Below, piece by piece: positions 48,704 to 61,659 of a stretch of DNA of 64,000 bases. The notes below the pieces were generated by a model, which worked only from the letters and a program-made list of their open reading frames with translations, was not told the origin of the DNA and ran no database searches. How positions within the stretch are numbered: position 1 is the first letter of the stretch; each line of letters starts with the position of its first letter. This stretch comes from Lepidodermella squamata (Eukaryota; Animalia; Gastrotricha), in the NCBI GenBank assembly GCA_047495785.1, contig JBLDXI010000015.1, forward strand, positions 1,178,001 through 1,242,000. Reading direction: 5' to 3'. Both the position numbers and the translations under genes were made by a program.

Positions 48704-51213
48704 ATGATAGTCAGACTTTACTGGATTTTACTGGATCCAACTATCATCACCTTCTTGATCGGTGTAGTAGCTGCTCAGAAGAATGTATTTCAATACGTGA
48801 TTTCGCAGAGTGATTCGAAAATAAACGCCACATCAGCCACCCCGATGTCTAATTTCATCGTCCCAAGAAATTTCGGCAATGGCGCGTCAAGGCGGCAGGT
48901 AATTTCAGTCTTAGCCTTGGTCAGTTACACCGGGCAAGTACCAAGCGGTGTCGCTCTCACGAAGTCCATGGAAGTGGCGTTGGAGCGGGTTAGAAATCTC
49001 CCAAACTGGCTCAATGGCTACGAGTTGATCATCGAAACTATAGACGATCGATGTTTGGACGATTTCGTCATCCGTAAATTCACTGAAAGAGCTGATTCGA
49101 AGGGCTATAACGGCATAATAACTCTGCCTATAGTCATCGGAAGTTTATGCTCTCCTCAAGGTCAATTGTCTCTTGCTCAGATGATCAAGCATTACGATTG
49201 GGTTGCAATCAATGTACTCCAGCAGTCGATGGAACTGTTTCAAGACCGGACGAAGTATTCTAACTTCTTTGGACTAGCTGAACCTTCTGAAATCCCTGTT
49301 CTTGCGTTGGTTCACGCAGCTGAAAAGATCGGCTGGCGGAGAGTCGCCATTATTAGTGAAATCGACTCGTTCTGGAACCGTATTGAGAGCTATGCGATTG
49401 ACCAATTCGAACAACGCAACATCTCTATTGCATGGTACGGAAAGGTTCAATACCGATCAACAAATGTCGATGAGTGGATTGAAGCATTCAGTGAAATGGC
49501 TAGGTATCATCCTAGGGTGATTTTCGTAGGAGGGAGCTCTAGTATTAGCACGGCCTGTTGGCTTTACAAGTTCGGATTTCACGGCCTGAATTTCGCTATT
49601 CTATACCCAGCCTGGACTAGACCAAGTCCTTTTGCCGAGATACCCACGTTTGTGAAACAATGGTGCACCATGGATAATGTAGTAGCAGTGATCAGGTCCA
49701 TGGTCACAGCGGGTTTATCGAGTGTTTTCAACGACTTCCGTGACTCAACTGGACTGTCGAAGCCTGAAATGGTGAATGCGGTTTCATCTAGGATCGTCAA
49801 ACCTGAGAGTCTTATTGGTGCTATCAATCTTCACGGGTCCAATATGTACGATTTAGCTTTGTTCACTGGCTTCCTCGTCAACGCGACGATAGCCGTCGCT
49901 GATTCAAGTGAGCTTTTTGAACATATTTACAATAAAATTACGAAAATATAATTTCAGAGAATTTATCTTTGGCGGAGATGGGAAATGGTGATGGGAAATT
50001 GTCACGGAGTGATTTAATCAAAGAAGCGCTGTTTAATATGCCGAAAGTTTACGGCCAATTAGGCGAGTTTCAGTTCGATGCTAAGAAGCAGTACAACTCA
50101 AAAGGCCATAGCACGTTTAAAATAGCTCAGGCTGATGTTGTGAATGGACGAGAGGAGCTTTCGATAGGTGGAACGTTCCGTATTAGTCAAACTCCTCCGC
50201 TCGATCTTTGGCCTGGCAAGCTGCGATGGAGAACCAAAGATGGAGCACCTCCCAAGGATGGTGTAACTTTCGTTGACATTGAAATCCCTCTCATACCAGC
50301 CCACACTACTGGTATTCTAACTGCAGCTGCAGTCGTTGAGATAACAGCGATTCTCATTACTCTAGCCGTCGTAGCAATCAGGCACAAGTTATTAGAGGCT
50401 GGATCCGGGTTCAAATACAATAAGCTTGATATGCTGCTTTTTCTTGGAAATTCTCTAATATCGAGTCAAGTTTTCGCTTTGCCCATGGGCGTTGTCAGAG
50501 GGAAAATTATCGAGAAATGTTCCGCTTTCTCTGCGATATTGATAGCCGGATTTTCTATCACCACCTTTTCTACCATTGTCAAGTTGCGTAAACAATTTCC
50601 ACCTGGTCTATTCAGCTTCAATGGTTCGCTTGTAGTTTGGAGTAAATCTAAGATCCTATTCACTGCATTGGCCTACTTCGGGTCAATAATCGCTTTGATG
50701 ACAGCTTTTCTCGCAATATCGCCATTCGTATCTGGCAAGGTTTTCATCAACGGCTATTTCGACATTGAAGATTTGAGTGCTTTTTACAATGAGTACGTCT
50801 TCTTGTGCCGATTCGGTAGCGGAATCTCGAGTTTGGCGTTGGCAGTTGCTGTAACGGTACACCAGTTATTTTCACTCAGCTATGCTGCTTATCAAGGTTA
50901 CAAGATTTATAAAACTCAAAGTCGAATTGCGAGTTCTGATTTGAAAAGATCGAGCCTGAGCGTCTACCTTGTGTTCATGATCATTCTGGCTGCTTTTTTG
51001 ATATCTATGACTTTGGACCAGCGGAACATGCTCGTCGTAGCTTCTGCTGCTTGCCTGATAATCTCGGCGACTAATGTCATTCTACTGTTCACTGGCAGGC
51101 GGTGTGTTGTGAAATTGGATCCGGCTGTTTTAGAAAAGGCTGCAAGAGTATCGAGTCGCAGATCATTCAGGATTGCAAAAGATCCGTCTCGGTCAAGATT
51201 ATCGACAGCCTAG
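48704..51213 (+). CDS. Class C GPCR, GABA-B-like, copy 2. Exons 48704-49907, 49958-51213
   Basis: Collinear paralogue of copy 1 with the same intron position (50 bp). Confidence 0.85.
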
Positions 51214-51504
51214 AGAGTTCGCAACGCCAATCAAGCTCAATCTAGCAATGAGTTGAAGGAAAACTGTGGCTATATTATATAATTTGAGTATTCATCAATC
51301 AGATATATATTGTCTTACATTTCAAACCCTCACACCTTTGAGCAGCCTCACACAAGTTAAATTTTACTTATTTCACGTTATTGTTTCAGTTGCTTTGATG
51401 ATTCTCAATTCTCATAAATTAATTAATTGTATTTCAGTAGTACTTTATTGATTTCTGAAAAAACTGCATCAACTTTAGTTTTACTTTAGCGATATCGATT
51501 TAGA

Positions 51505-53196
51505 TCAAATGAAATCAATGGGAGATTTAGTCACAGTTCGACTATCCGCTAGCTTTTTAGGGCGTTGAGGATAGATAGTCTTCGGCCGCGTGCTAATCTC
51601 GAAACCAAAATTAGCACCTATACGATTGAAGCGCCTGAACTGGCACTGAATCTTCTTCAGCGATCTATCAGTTTGGCTTTTAAAATCAATTTCATTGCCA
51701 TAGCCATGCTCCATAACAATAGGCCGCTTTCTATCTAGTTCTGACGGTATAAAGCCGCAACCGAAACATTGATGCCGATAAGTTTGCTTCAAACTGTAAA
51801 CAGAAGCAAGCTCGCCGTAACCGCTGCGAGAAACGACGAGTTCATCCATGCGTGTCAGAGCGTAGAAATCTAGAAAGGTTTTCGCGTTGAAAATCCACGC
51901 GTCTTCTGTACCATTCGGCGGCTTGCGGTAGTCGGAATGGTGCGGCTTGAGCTTTCGACAAACGTCAGAGCTTGTTATCACATCCACGTCAAAATCCGAG
52001 ACTGTTTTATTGACTGATCGATATAGCGCCGTCACAAAGGATCTGCGTGTTTGGTGGATCAACTTATCGATTGTTAGAAAGATAAGAAATTTCGGCTTTG
52101 TCCCTGTCGATTCAACGGTCATTTGATCACCGATTTGCTTGGCTACCTGTTCAGCAAAGCATCGAACTTCATGAGGTCTGATGAAGAACTGTTTAGCGTC
52201 TCCGAGACGGATTTGAACTCCAATTTTAAAAGCACGGTTCCACTCGGATAGACCACCACTTCGGCTCACTATGCATTGGTAGAATAGATCGCTTAACTTC
52301 TCCGACGGTCGGGGTAGAAGAATTCGCAAAGCTGCCGAAATCATAACAGATCCATCGATATATTGTTCTTTGATGGGTTCGAGCAGCTTTTTGAAGAGTT
52401 CTGTGAATTCAGGATTGCTCATCAGGCCTTCAATAGGCGTGTATGAGTTGGCATGGAGCGAAGCATAACTGACATTTTCGTAATCCCGTTTCAGTCGCGG
52501 CGATTTAGTCATCTCATAGTAGGGAAGTTCCGATCCAAGAAAAATGTTGCGGGATGAATCAACGTGGCTGGGAAGGTGTGATATAATCGCTTCGACTCGG
52601 CTGCGATTCAATGCATCGAAAGGGAAGAAGTCGTTTAGGACATGATTACGTGTCCAGTTGATGTAGAGCGGACGGTTGAGAGCCATTGCAACGTAGAAGG
52701 CTCCTACTACCCCACGAACTCGATCAGCGAATCCACCACAAATTTCATCCCCAACACAACGATAAGCAAACACCTAAAAGCGATTCCAGGATTCGTGATG
52801 GGCACAATTGTAATTAATTGAAAAAATAACCTGTATCGCTGAGTTGCTGCTTTTGTTGAGAACATCTTGCATTGGCGCGATGTAAAATTGTTCGATGGCC
52901 GCTTTCAATTTCTCAACTTGTTCGTTCCGCACTTGCAACTCGCGCCTGTAATCAAGAAAGGTTGATGAACCGATGAACCCGGCTGATGCATTCTTCAGAA
53001 TCACATCGATCATCAATATCGAATTGTCGGCGCGATGAGCCGCAGAAGCAGAATAATCGACATCAAATGCCTTCCAGGTGCGAGAAGGGTTGAAAAGCGA
53101 CAATAAAATGCTCAAACAACAAAAGCTCGCAATACTGGCGAGTAATATTCGAAACCACAAACGCTTTGTATCATCAGCTTTGCTGTATAGTAGCAT
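51505..53196 (-). CDS. Fucosyltransferase-like protein, copy 2. Exons 53196-52831, 52773-51505
   Basis: ICGGFADRVRG, KIGVQIRLGD, IFLTID and LDFYALTRMDELVVSRSGYG. A 57-bp intron lies at the conserved position. Confidence 0.82.
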
Positions 53197-53735
53197 CGCC
53201 TTTATTAAACTTTTTTCCGATAAAGAAAATGACAACGAAAATTCAATGGACTTTCATGAATGACGTCGCTACTATGAATTCACGAAATTCAACATTATTT
53301 TCATTCATTTGAAGCGCGTGCCGCTTCATTTCCTTAATTTTAATCGGTAGCGTTATTCTTCCGTGAATGCTTTTGTCGGTTAAAAAGACGATCGAGAGCA
53401 ACCTCTCGACATTTAATAATGCCCAGTATCGACAATAACCAGCATTTCTCCAAGCAGGGGATCACTGGTTTACTGGATGGTGAAAATTCAATGAGCATAT
53501 TTTGAAAATCGTCATAGCCAACCAAAAGTCTCCGGATGATCTGTTGTTAGAATTTTTAAATGATGACTGGTGACTGCACACCATTTACCATAACATAACA
53601 TGAGTCAGATCAGATAATATAAGTTCATTTTAATCAAAAATCCTTCATCTATCGCAATAAATAATCGACAGTTCAAGCAAATTTCACAATAACGAGAATT
53701 TTTAGGCAATAATGCTGGCAGCATTATCACAGAGG

Positions 53736-53851
53736 CTAAAATGGTCTGGTGAAAAACTCGAAACCAAATTTTCTACCGATGCGATTGAAGTGATCAAAGT
53801 GGCACTCGTGTTTCATTGATTTGTCAGTCACGCTGTTGAACCTGACTTCAC
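53736..53851 (-). pseudogene. Duplicated 3' tip of a fucosyltransferase gene
   Basis: Encodes EVRFNSVTDKSMKHECHFDHFNRIGRKFGFEFFTRPF*, nearly identical to the C-terminus of copy 3 (54060-54175). Similarity stops abruptly upstream. Confidence 0.8.
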
Positions 53852-54059
53852 GCACGAATGGCCGTATGAATCGAGGTTTCCAAGGAACCGACGATATATG
53901 ATCGTGTTCATGGATGCTCTTCATTCCCTCAAACTGCAGCCTGAAATCACGTCACACAAAGTGTAGTTGATCAGCTGATTTATTAATCAGAATCAAATCT
54001 GAGGCGTATAATTTAATTATCACAAATGTACTCAGAAGAAAAAGCAGCTAGTAGCGAGA

Positions 54060-55665
54060 CTAAAACGGCCAAGTAATCAGCTCGAAACCAAAGTTTCTAC
54101 CGATGCGATTGAAATGGTCAAATCGGCACTCGTGTTTCATTGATTTGTCAGTCACGCTTTTGAACCTGACTTCACCGCCGTAGCCATGGTTGATAGGCCG
54201 CATAGTATCCAATTTCGACGGCCTGAAGGTACAGCCAGAACATAGGTACCGATATGTTGGCTTCAAACTGTGGAAGGAAGCCAGCTCGCTGTAACTACTG
54301 CGCGAAATCACAAGTTCATCCATGCGTGTAAGAGTGTAGAAATCCAGGAAAGTTTTTGCGTGGAAAATCCACGCTGCTTCTTTTTCGATCGGTGGGTTTT
54401 CTATATCGCAATGACGCGGCTGTAGCTGAGGGCAAATGTCAGAGCTTGTGATCACTTCGAAGTCAAAATGAGTAGTACCATTGACCTTCCGATTGAGCGC
54501 TTCAATGAAAGATGCCCTAGTTTCATTCGCAAGTTTATCGCTTGTTAGAAAAATGAGAAATTTAGCCTTCTTCCCTTTCGATGCAACAGACATTTGATCC
54601 GCAATTTGATTGGCTACCTGCTCGGCAAAACAAGTGACTTCGCTTGGCCTGTTGAAGAACTTGCCGGGATCTCCTAGGCGAACATGAACGCCAATTTTAA
54701 ACGCACGATCCCACTCAGATAGGCCGCCGCTACGGTTGACAAGGCATCGGACGAATAAATCCTGTAATTTCTTCGAAGGCCGGGAAAGAAGAATTCGCAA
54801 AGCAGCCGAAATCATTACAGATCCGTCCATATATTGTTCTCCAACGCCCAAAATCGGCTCCATGAGCGATTTGAAGAGCCCATTGAATTCCGGATTGCTG
54901 AGCAGGCCTTCGATAGGTGTGAAGGAGTTGGTAAGAAATGCAGCATACTTAAATGTTGAGAAACGAGCGCTAAATTGCGGCAATTTGGTTAGTTTGTACA
55001 GCTTGTGTTCTCTCCAGTCGTGCATATATACAAAATGGCGGGCTTTTTTCCTCTCAAGCTTTGATAAAACAGTCTCGACACGGCGTTGATCTATGGCTTC
55101 GAATGGGAAGTAATCGTTGATCACATGATATTTCGTCCAGTTGACGTAGTAAAGCCGGTTGAGAGCCATGGCAACGTAAAACGTCCCAACTAGCCCGCGA
55201 ACGCGGTCTCCGAATCCACCACATAAGTCGGTCCCGACACATCGAAAGGCAAGCACCTGTTTCGTAAAAAAACGACGATACTTATTTTTGACGCATAATA
55301 ATTGCTAGTGTCATGGAAACCTCTAATTTAGTACCATTGCTGTGATTGAGCTTATGCCGAATTGGTGAAAGGTAGAATTTCTCGATGGCCGCTTTCACCT
55401 TCTCAGCTTGTTCGTTCCTCTTGTGAAGCTCGCGCCTGTAATCAAGAAAAGTTGATGACTTGCTGAATCCATCTGAAGAATTCTTCAGAATCGCGTCGAT
55501 CATCGATGAAAAATTGTGAGATTCTTGAATCACCGATTGATTTTGGCGAAGTGTAGCCCATTCGAGATGAGGTCGATAGCTTGGAAATAGTAGGGCAATG
55601 CTGCAAATGGTTAGTACGCCAGCGATGGTAATTAAAAGCCTAAAGCTTTTCGAATTCTTATTCAT
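54060..55665 (-). CDS. Fucosyltransferase-like protein, copy 3. Exons 55665-55321, 55256-54060
   Basis: LCGGFGDRVRG, KIGVHVRLGD, IFLTSD and LDFYTLTRMDELVISRSSYS, with a 64-bp intron. Confidence 0.85.
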
Positions 55666-56027
55666 GTTAAAAGAACCTCAAGAACCTATGAGAACGATAT
55701 AAAGACAACATGAAAACGTAGAAATCACACTAGCAATCGCGTGCTTAAAATACCGTTTTTCATTCATAGATGTTCTCTCATGCTTGAAAAACAAGAGCGA
55801 CCATTACATTTAAACCAGTTCATTTAATCAAATTTATTTTTGCTACCAAATTCTTGAATCCAAACTTAATGGCAATTTTCAAAATCATTTTCATTTTGGT
55901 GCAATTCACAAAGTCTATATATTTCATAGCCAATAATGATATATTGAATTAACAGTGATCCAATCACAAAAAAATTGTCAGGATGCAGATAAGAATAACG
56001 GCAAAATCCCGGCCCTATCAGAGACTA

Positions 56028-58517
56028 TCATTGTACTTCAGGCTCATTAGATAATCTAGGGGACTGCGCGCCTCGAGAAATTCTGAGCGAAATATGTGAC
56101 GGCGCTATCGACAGTTTCGGCCCTTGTTTCAGCGAGGCCAGTTTATCAATGAGAGGCAGGGCTGAATTAGCGACAACGATTGTTAAAGAAGCCGCAGAGG
56201 CGACCAGCATCATGTGAAGAGGATTAAGTGTTAGTATGATCAAAACGGCTGCTAACAGAATCAAAAACACAAGGTATACACTGGAACCGGTTTTCTTCAG
56301 CTCGGGAGTTATGGCTCGACTTTTCACGGCATGAGCGTAGTAGCCTTGAAGGGCTGCGTACAACAACGCGAAAACTTGTTCAGCCCCGATTGCAGCTCCG
56401 ATTGCCAAAGTTGTCTCACTGCTCTTGGATTGGCAAGTCAAGACGTACGGTTTGTAGTAGATACTAGGATCCTCCGCATCCACGTAAGGACTAAGCTGGA
56501 CAGTGTAAGCTTCAAATGGCGAAGCAGAGAGGAACGCCACGAGCAATCCAATAACCGAACAGAAATAAGCCGTTATGAAAAAAGCAACCCTAGACCTGCT
56601 CCACTGATTCATCGTCCTACTTCTGGTGAAAATGCCAGGAGAGAACTTTCGTCGAAGCTTCGCGATGATGGAAAATGTTACCAGAGAGAAACCGAGAATA
56701 AGAAGAGCTGAAAATGTACTGCAGTGGTTACTTATCAAATCATATCGCGAAAGATCCCAAGGCAGGGCGAAAACCTGAGCAGCTAGTATGATGTTGCCCT
56801 TAATCAATACCAAATCAAACCAAGTAAATTTCGATTCAGATCCTAGTGATAATTTTGTTTTCATCAGACAAACCACGGCTATTGTAGTTAACAAGACAAT
56901 CTCAAGCACTCCAAATGCCGTCAGAACTCCGATTGCGACTGTAGATAGAAGAGGAACCTCCACTGGAATGTATTTAATGCTATCTTTTGGAGGCAGCCCA
57001 TCCTTCGTCCTCCACCGCAGCTTGCCTGGGAAAAGGTCCAATGGTGGGTTATGGCTAATTTTGAAGGTACCAGCCAACGACAGATCTTCCCTTCCATTTT
57101 TCACATCAACCTGCACCACCTTGAAGACACTGTGGCCTTTTGAATTGAACTTGGTCTTCTCGTCGAATTGAAACTCGCCTATTTGAGCATAGACCTTCGG
57201 CATGGTAAACAGAGCTTCTTTGATGACGTCACTAGCAGATATTTTCCTGTCTAGTGTCGTTAGCTCCGACAGGGAGATGTTTCCTGTAGCAACAATTTAA
57301 AGACAACTTTCTAAGCCGGATAGAGAAAGCTTACTTGATTTAGCTACAGCAACTGTGGCATTGACTAAGAATCCGGTGAACAAAGCCAAATCGTAGATGT
57401 TTGATCCCAAAAGGTTTATTCCAAGAATTGCAGGTTCGGGTCTGAAAATCCTAGATGCAACATCATTCACGACTTCAGGCTTTGACAACCCAAAGGAATC
57501 GCGAAAGTCGTTGAAAGAACTCGAAAGACCACCTGTTATAATTGACCTCATCACTTCAGCGATATTTTCTCTTGTACACCACGATCTGACGTAGGCCGGA
57601 ATTTCAGCACCAGGGTTAGGTCGAGACCAGCCGGGAAATAACAGGACGTAATTAGGGCCATAGAAACCGAATCTGTAAAGCCAGCATACCATACTGAGCG
57701 CTGAATCCCCTCCAACGTAGATTATCCTTGGATTGTAACGAGCCATTTCTGTGAAGGTATCAATCATCTCCCTTTCACTCGTTGTTTTGTACTGGACCTT
57801 GCCATACCATGTAACCGTGATGTTGCGTTGTTCGATTTGATTGATCGCGTAACGCTCGATGCGGTTCCAAAACGGGTCGATTTCGCTTATCATCGCAATC
57901 TTCCGCCAGCCGATCTTTTCGACGGCGTTTATCAAGGTAAGAACTGGTATTTCAGATGGCTCAGCTAGCCCGAAGAAATTCGGGTATTTTGGCCTGTCGA
58001 GGAATAACTCGATGGATTGTTGGATCAAGTTGAGGGCAACCCAGTCATATTGCTTTACAATCTGCGCGAGAAATCGCTGTCCTTGAGGTGCACACAAATT
58101 TCCTATTAGTAACGGTAGGGTATAAACGCCTTGCTTGCCGTTTGAATCAACTCGTTGAATGAACTTCCTTACAGTAACATCATCGGAGCATGTGTCATCG
58201 AAGGCCTCGATAACGAGTTCGTAGCCATCCAGCCAGTTAAACGTGCTCCTCAAACGGTCTAGAACCATCTCGATAGGCTTTGTCGTTACCGGACCGTTCG
58301 TACTGTAGCTTAGCAAAGCTACGACTGAAATGATTTCTTTCCTAGTCGGATCTTTACTGAAATTTCGCGAGATGATGAAATCTGGCATTGGGCTGGTTAG
58401 GGTAACGTTTTTCCCAGCATCGCTCCTTGAGTGTATGTCTTCGAATGTTGTAGACTGGGCCAAACTAACACAGGCCAGGTTAGCTGCAATTGCAATTAAA
58501 AGGTATAAAAAGAGCAT
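56028..58517 (-). CDS. Class C GPCR, GABA-B-like, copy 3. Exons 58517-57335, 57283-56028
   Basis: Paralogue of copies 1 and 2 with the same intron position (51 bp), a signal peptide and 7TM. Confidence 0.85.
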
Positions 58518-59218
58518 GATGAATCTGAGACGTAATAAAAAATAAAGAACCTAGACTCTCTCTGATGTAGGTGAGACGTGACTTCGAGGGCGATGCCACT
58601 TACAATATTGAATTTCACCATTAATTATGAGCCGCAAAATGGTCTGTCTGTGAAATTGTGTTAATGGACTTTACTCTTCCGCAATACGCTTCAAAAACTT
58701 GCGGTGCAACTAAAAAGCATCCGAAATTAACATTTCCTGCTGTCATCCTGAGCCGCAGACACTTCTCAGTTGTCTCACAATTAAGCGCCAACATTTATTT
58801 TCGATTTCCCATTCGTAAGATGAGCTCTCTCCTCCGCAGTTAATAAAGTGAAAAATATTGATAGCGGAAAGCGGAAAAATAATTTTTTCAACCATACATT
58901 TTTCGATTATTCAAAAGCTGATTTGCTTATGCACACCTCGGCAAAATAAAACAACTCAACCTCGAAGCTAAGTCTGTAGCCATTTCCGTCAAGATATTCC
59001 GAAACCCTTGTTAACATTTGGGAGGATTGAAATTTAACTATGCAACATGCATTAGATTTATGGTCCAAAAATAAAGATTTCACAAGATATCATAATATGT
59101 TTTACACAGCAAAGCAGGATTGACAATAGCCGGTGCAATGGTTATGATGACATTTCATTCCCGAATCTGACTTATTGCACAATTTATGAGGGATGAGAAT
59201 CACCTTCAATGAAGCTTC

Positions 59219-61659
59219 CTAATTGGCATCATTCCCCGAAATTGAACCATGTATTTCCCGCGCGAATGCAATACAGCTGGAAAGAGCCGAAATTCCCAGC
59301 GCAACAAAAGAATAAGTTATTGCCTCAGCTGTAGGTTGCCGCACAATCTGGCCAACCAGAATGCCAAAAACTATCAGAGTAGCCATATTAACCTGTCCGA
59401 TTGAAAATAGCTTCATCTGTCGAACCTTCTCAGCATAGGCCAAGTCTCGCTTCCCGGCTCTCGATCTCACGGCCACAACGCATGTCATGACTGCAATCGC
59501 GTTTAGAGCGCCTAAGCAAGGCAGCCAAGCGAAACTATATTCTGAGAAGCAAATCTCAGCTTGCTTATCGAAATAAGCATCTCGCTCGTAATTATAAACC
59601 GCACCGCCCGTCAAGCTTACTATTTTCGGAAACGGCTCGTCACTTCCAAGCCAAACCACGATTATTAATAGATTTGCAAGAAGATAGGCGACGGAAGCTT
59701 TTAGATGGCTTCCACGCTTATCGCTGCCAGCTTTTTTGTCCGGAGGCTCTATGGCTACTGATTTTAGGTCGACGGAAGGAGTGTCTGCTGTCAGGGAAAT
59801 GCGGGGCGCTAGGACTGACTTCTTTCTAGTCGCTGTTGAGTGTGAAAAATGTGCGCTGCTCCCTCGATGATTCGAATTATAAGCCTTTTGCGGAATCTCA
59901 GATTGCAATTCCAAGATTTTGAAGAGAAAAGCTGCGTTCAGACATGCGAGAGCCAACGCAGTTGAAAGTACGCGCAAAACACAGATTTGCGAGCCATCCT
60001 CAACAAACGTGACTGACGCGAAGTTGCAAAGCAGACAGCCGACGAAAAACACAAATTTGAACATCTTTTGGACAGAATTTTTCTCCTTGGATAACAGGAA
60101 CGCTAACATCAACAGCTCTCCTACACTGATGACCCCAGCCAAGCTGTCTGCTAAGATTTCGACCCACTTAGGGGGTATGCTCATTTCTCGCATTACTGGC
60201 GGCATATCAATCGGAGGTTTCCCGCTCATCCAAACCGGTGCATTGAGTTCCTCGATCTTGTAACCGCTTATATCCGCGGCGACTTTGCTTGCATTTCTCA
60301 CGACGCTGTGAGTCATTTTCATGAAGCTCGAGGGGGTCCATTGAAAAACTGCTTGAAGTTCGACTTCAACCTCAACAGCAGGGGAGTACTCGGCATAACC
60401 GGCATGCAGGGTTTTGAAGCTCAGTCTTGATAAACTTGAATTAATCGCAAGGCTCACGGCCTCAGGATTCACTTTATAGTCTCCAAGCGTTGAATTTCGA
60501 GACCTCAAGTTAGCCTCAGCTGCATCGAGGCCTAGAAGAGCAACTAATGCAGCATCGTGGCACAAATGACGGGTCATTTCTGTTTTGTAGTCAGCCTTAG
60601 TCCGTTTTGATAGCATCTGCTCGAACTGGGGCATGTCATAGCCTAGACTTGTCGGGCCCATATTCAAGAGATTCGTGAAAATCGCCCCGACGTAAAACAT
60701 TTGCTTAAACTGCTCGATCAATATCTCACGGGTGCAGCCTGGCGGTAGCTTCGGCAGTCTCGCTGTCGGGTCGAAAAGGGTCGTCGTCTGAGGAATGAAA
60801 ACGTAACGACTACCCGTGATTCCTAAATTGTACGCGGTACATGCGAAAAGTATAACCGGAGGAACGGTGGAGAATTCGAGAAAAATAACTCGTAAATCGC
60901 TTGATTTGAATGATTGAATAGCGAGAGCGTCCACATCGACTACTAACCCGAACCACGGGACGGCTATTCCATTTTTCACCAAGACGTCTTGCATAGCTAC
61001 AGCGCCAGCGACGTCTCGAGGGTTTGTTGTACCTGAGATGATGGCTACGTTATTCCATTTGCCGACGAATTTAGCGAACATGAGACGAGAATAGACGACG
61101 AGTTCTCCCGGGATTTTGATGTGGTATAGGTTCGGAAACATAACCCGGTTTGCGGTCATTATCGGAGCTGCACAGCCAAGGGCAACTGAGACTGTTCCAA
61201 TGTGGTGGAGGGTTGATGCTAGTCTTTGACAGCCGCCTAAAACTGACGTTAAAAACTATTTTGCAATCAAAATTAAGGGAAATAACCTGAGAAATATGGC
61301 CCGATGGTAACTGGGAGAATGGTGGATGGATTTGAGTCCCTAACAAACTGAACTGTTGAGGTGACGGAATTCCCAGAGTTAGCTGACTCGTCTTTGTAAA
61401 CAACTTGGATTTTGTAGCCAGGGATGAAGTCCGGTCGTGAGTTGGCGACGTCAATCGCAACTTCCATAGCTGCTTTGCAGACATCAGGATCGCGGGGATC
61501 GTTACCTGTTATCGTAATCAGTGATTGTATGGTGAGGTTTGTTCGCTTAGTTGGATGAACGGCTCCTGGCGGTACGGCGTCAGTCCAGTTTAGCTGGCCT
61601 GTGGTGTAAGAGATCCAGCTAAGAGTGCAAACCGCCGTCAGAAGTATGTCTTTCATCAT
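59219..61659 (-). CDS. Class C GPCR, GABA-B-like, divergent copy 4. Exons 61659-61287, 61236-59219
   Basis: Signal peptide, AMEVAIDVANSRPDFIPGY, IGPYFSGGC, FPNL, KWNNVAII, W...KPPID linker and 7TM. A 50-bp phase-1 intron joins the two ORFs in frame. Confidence 0.82.

Noticed and set aside
41335-60263. Antisense ORFs over the ankyrin, GPCR and FucT genes (for example 41335-41880 -, 56788-57171 +, 59919-60263 +)
   Set aside because: They mirror real coding frames on the other strand and have no independent features.
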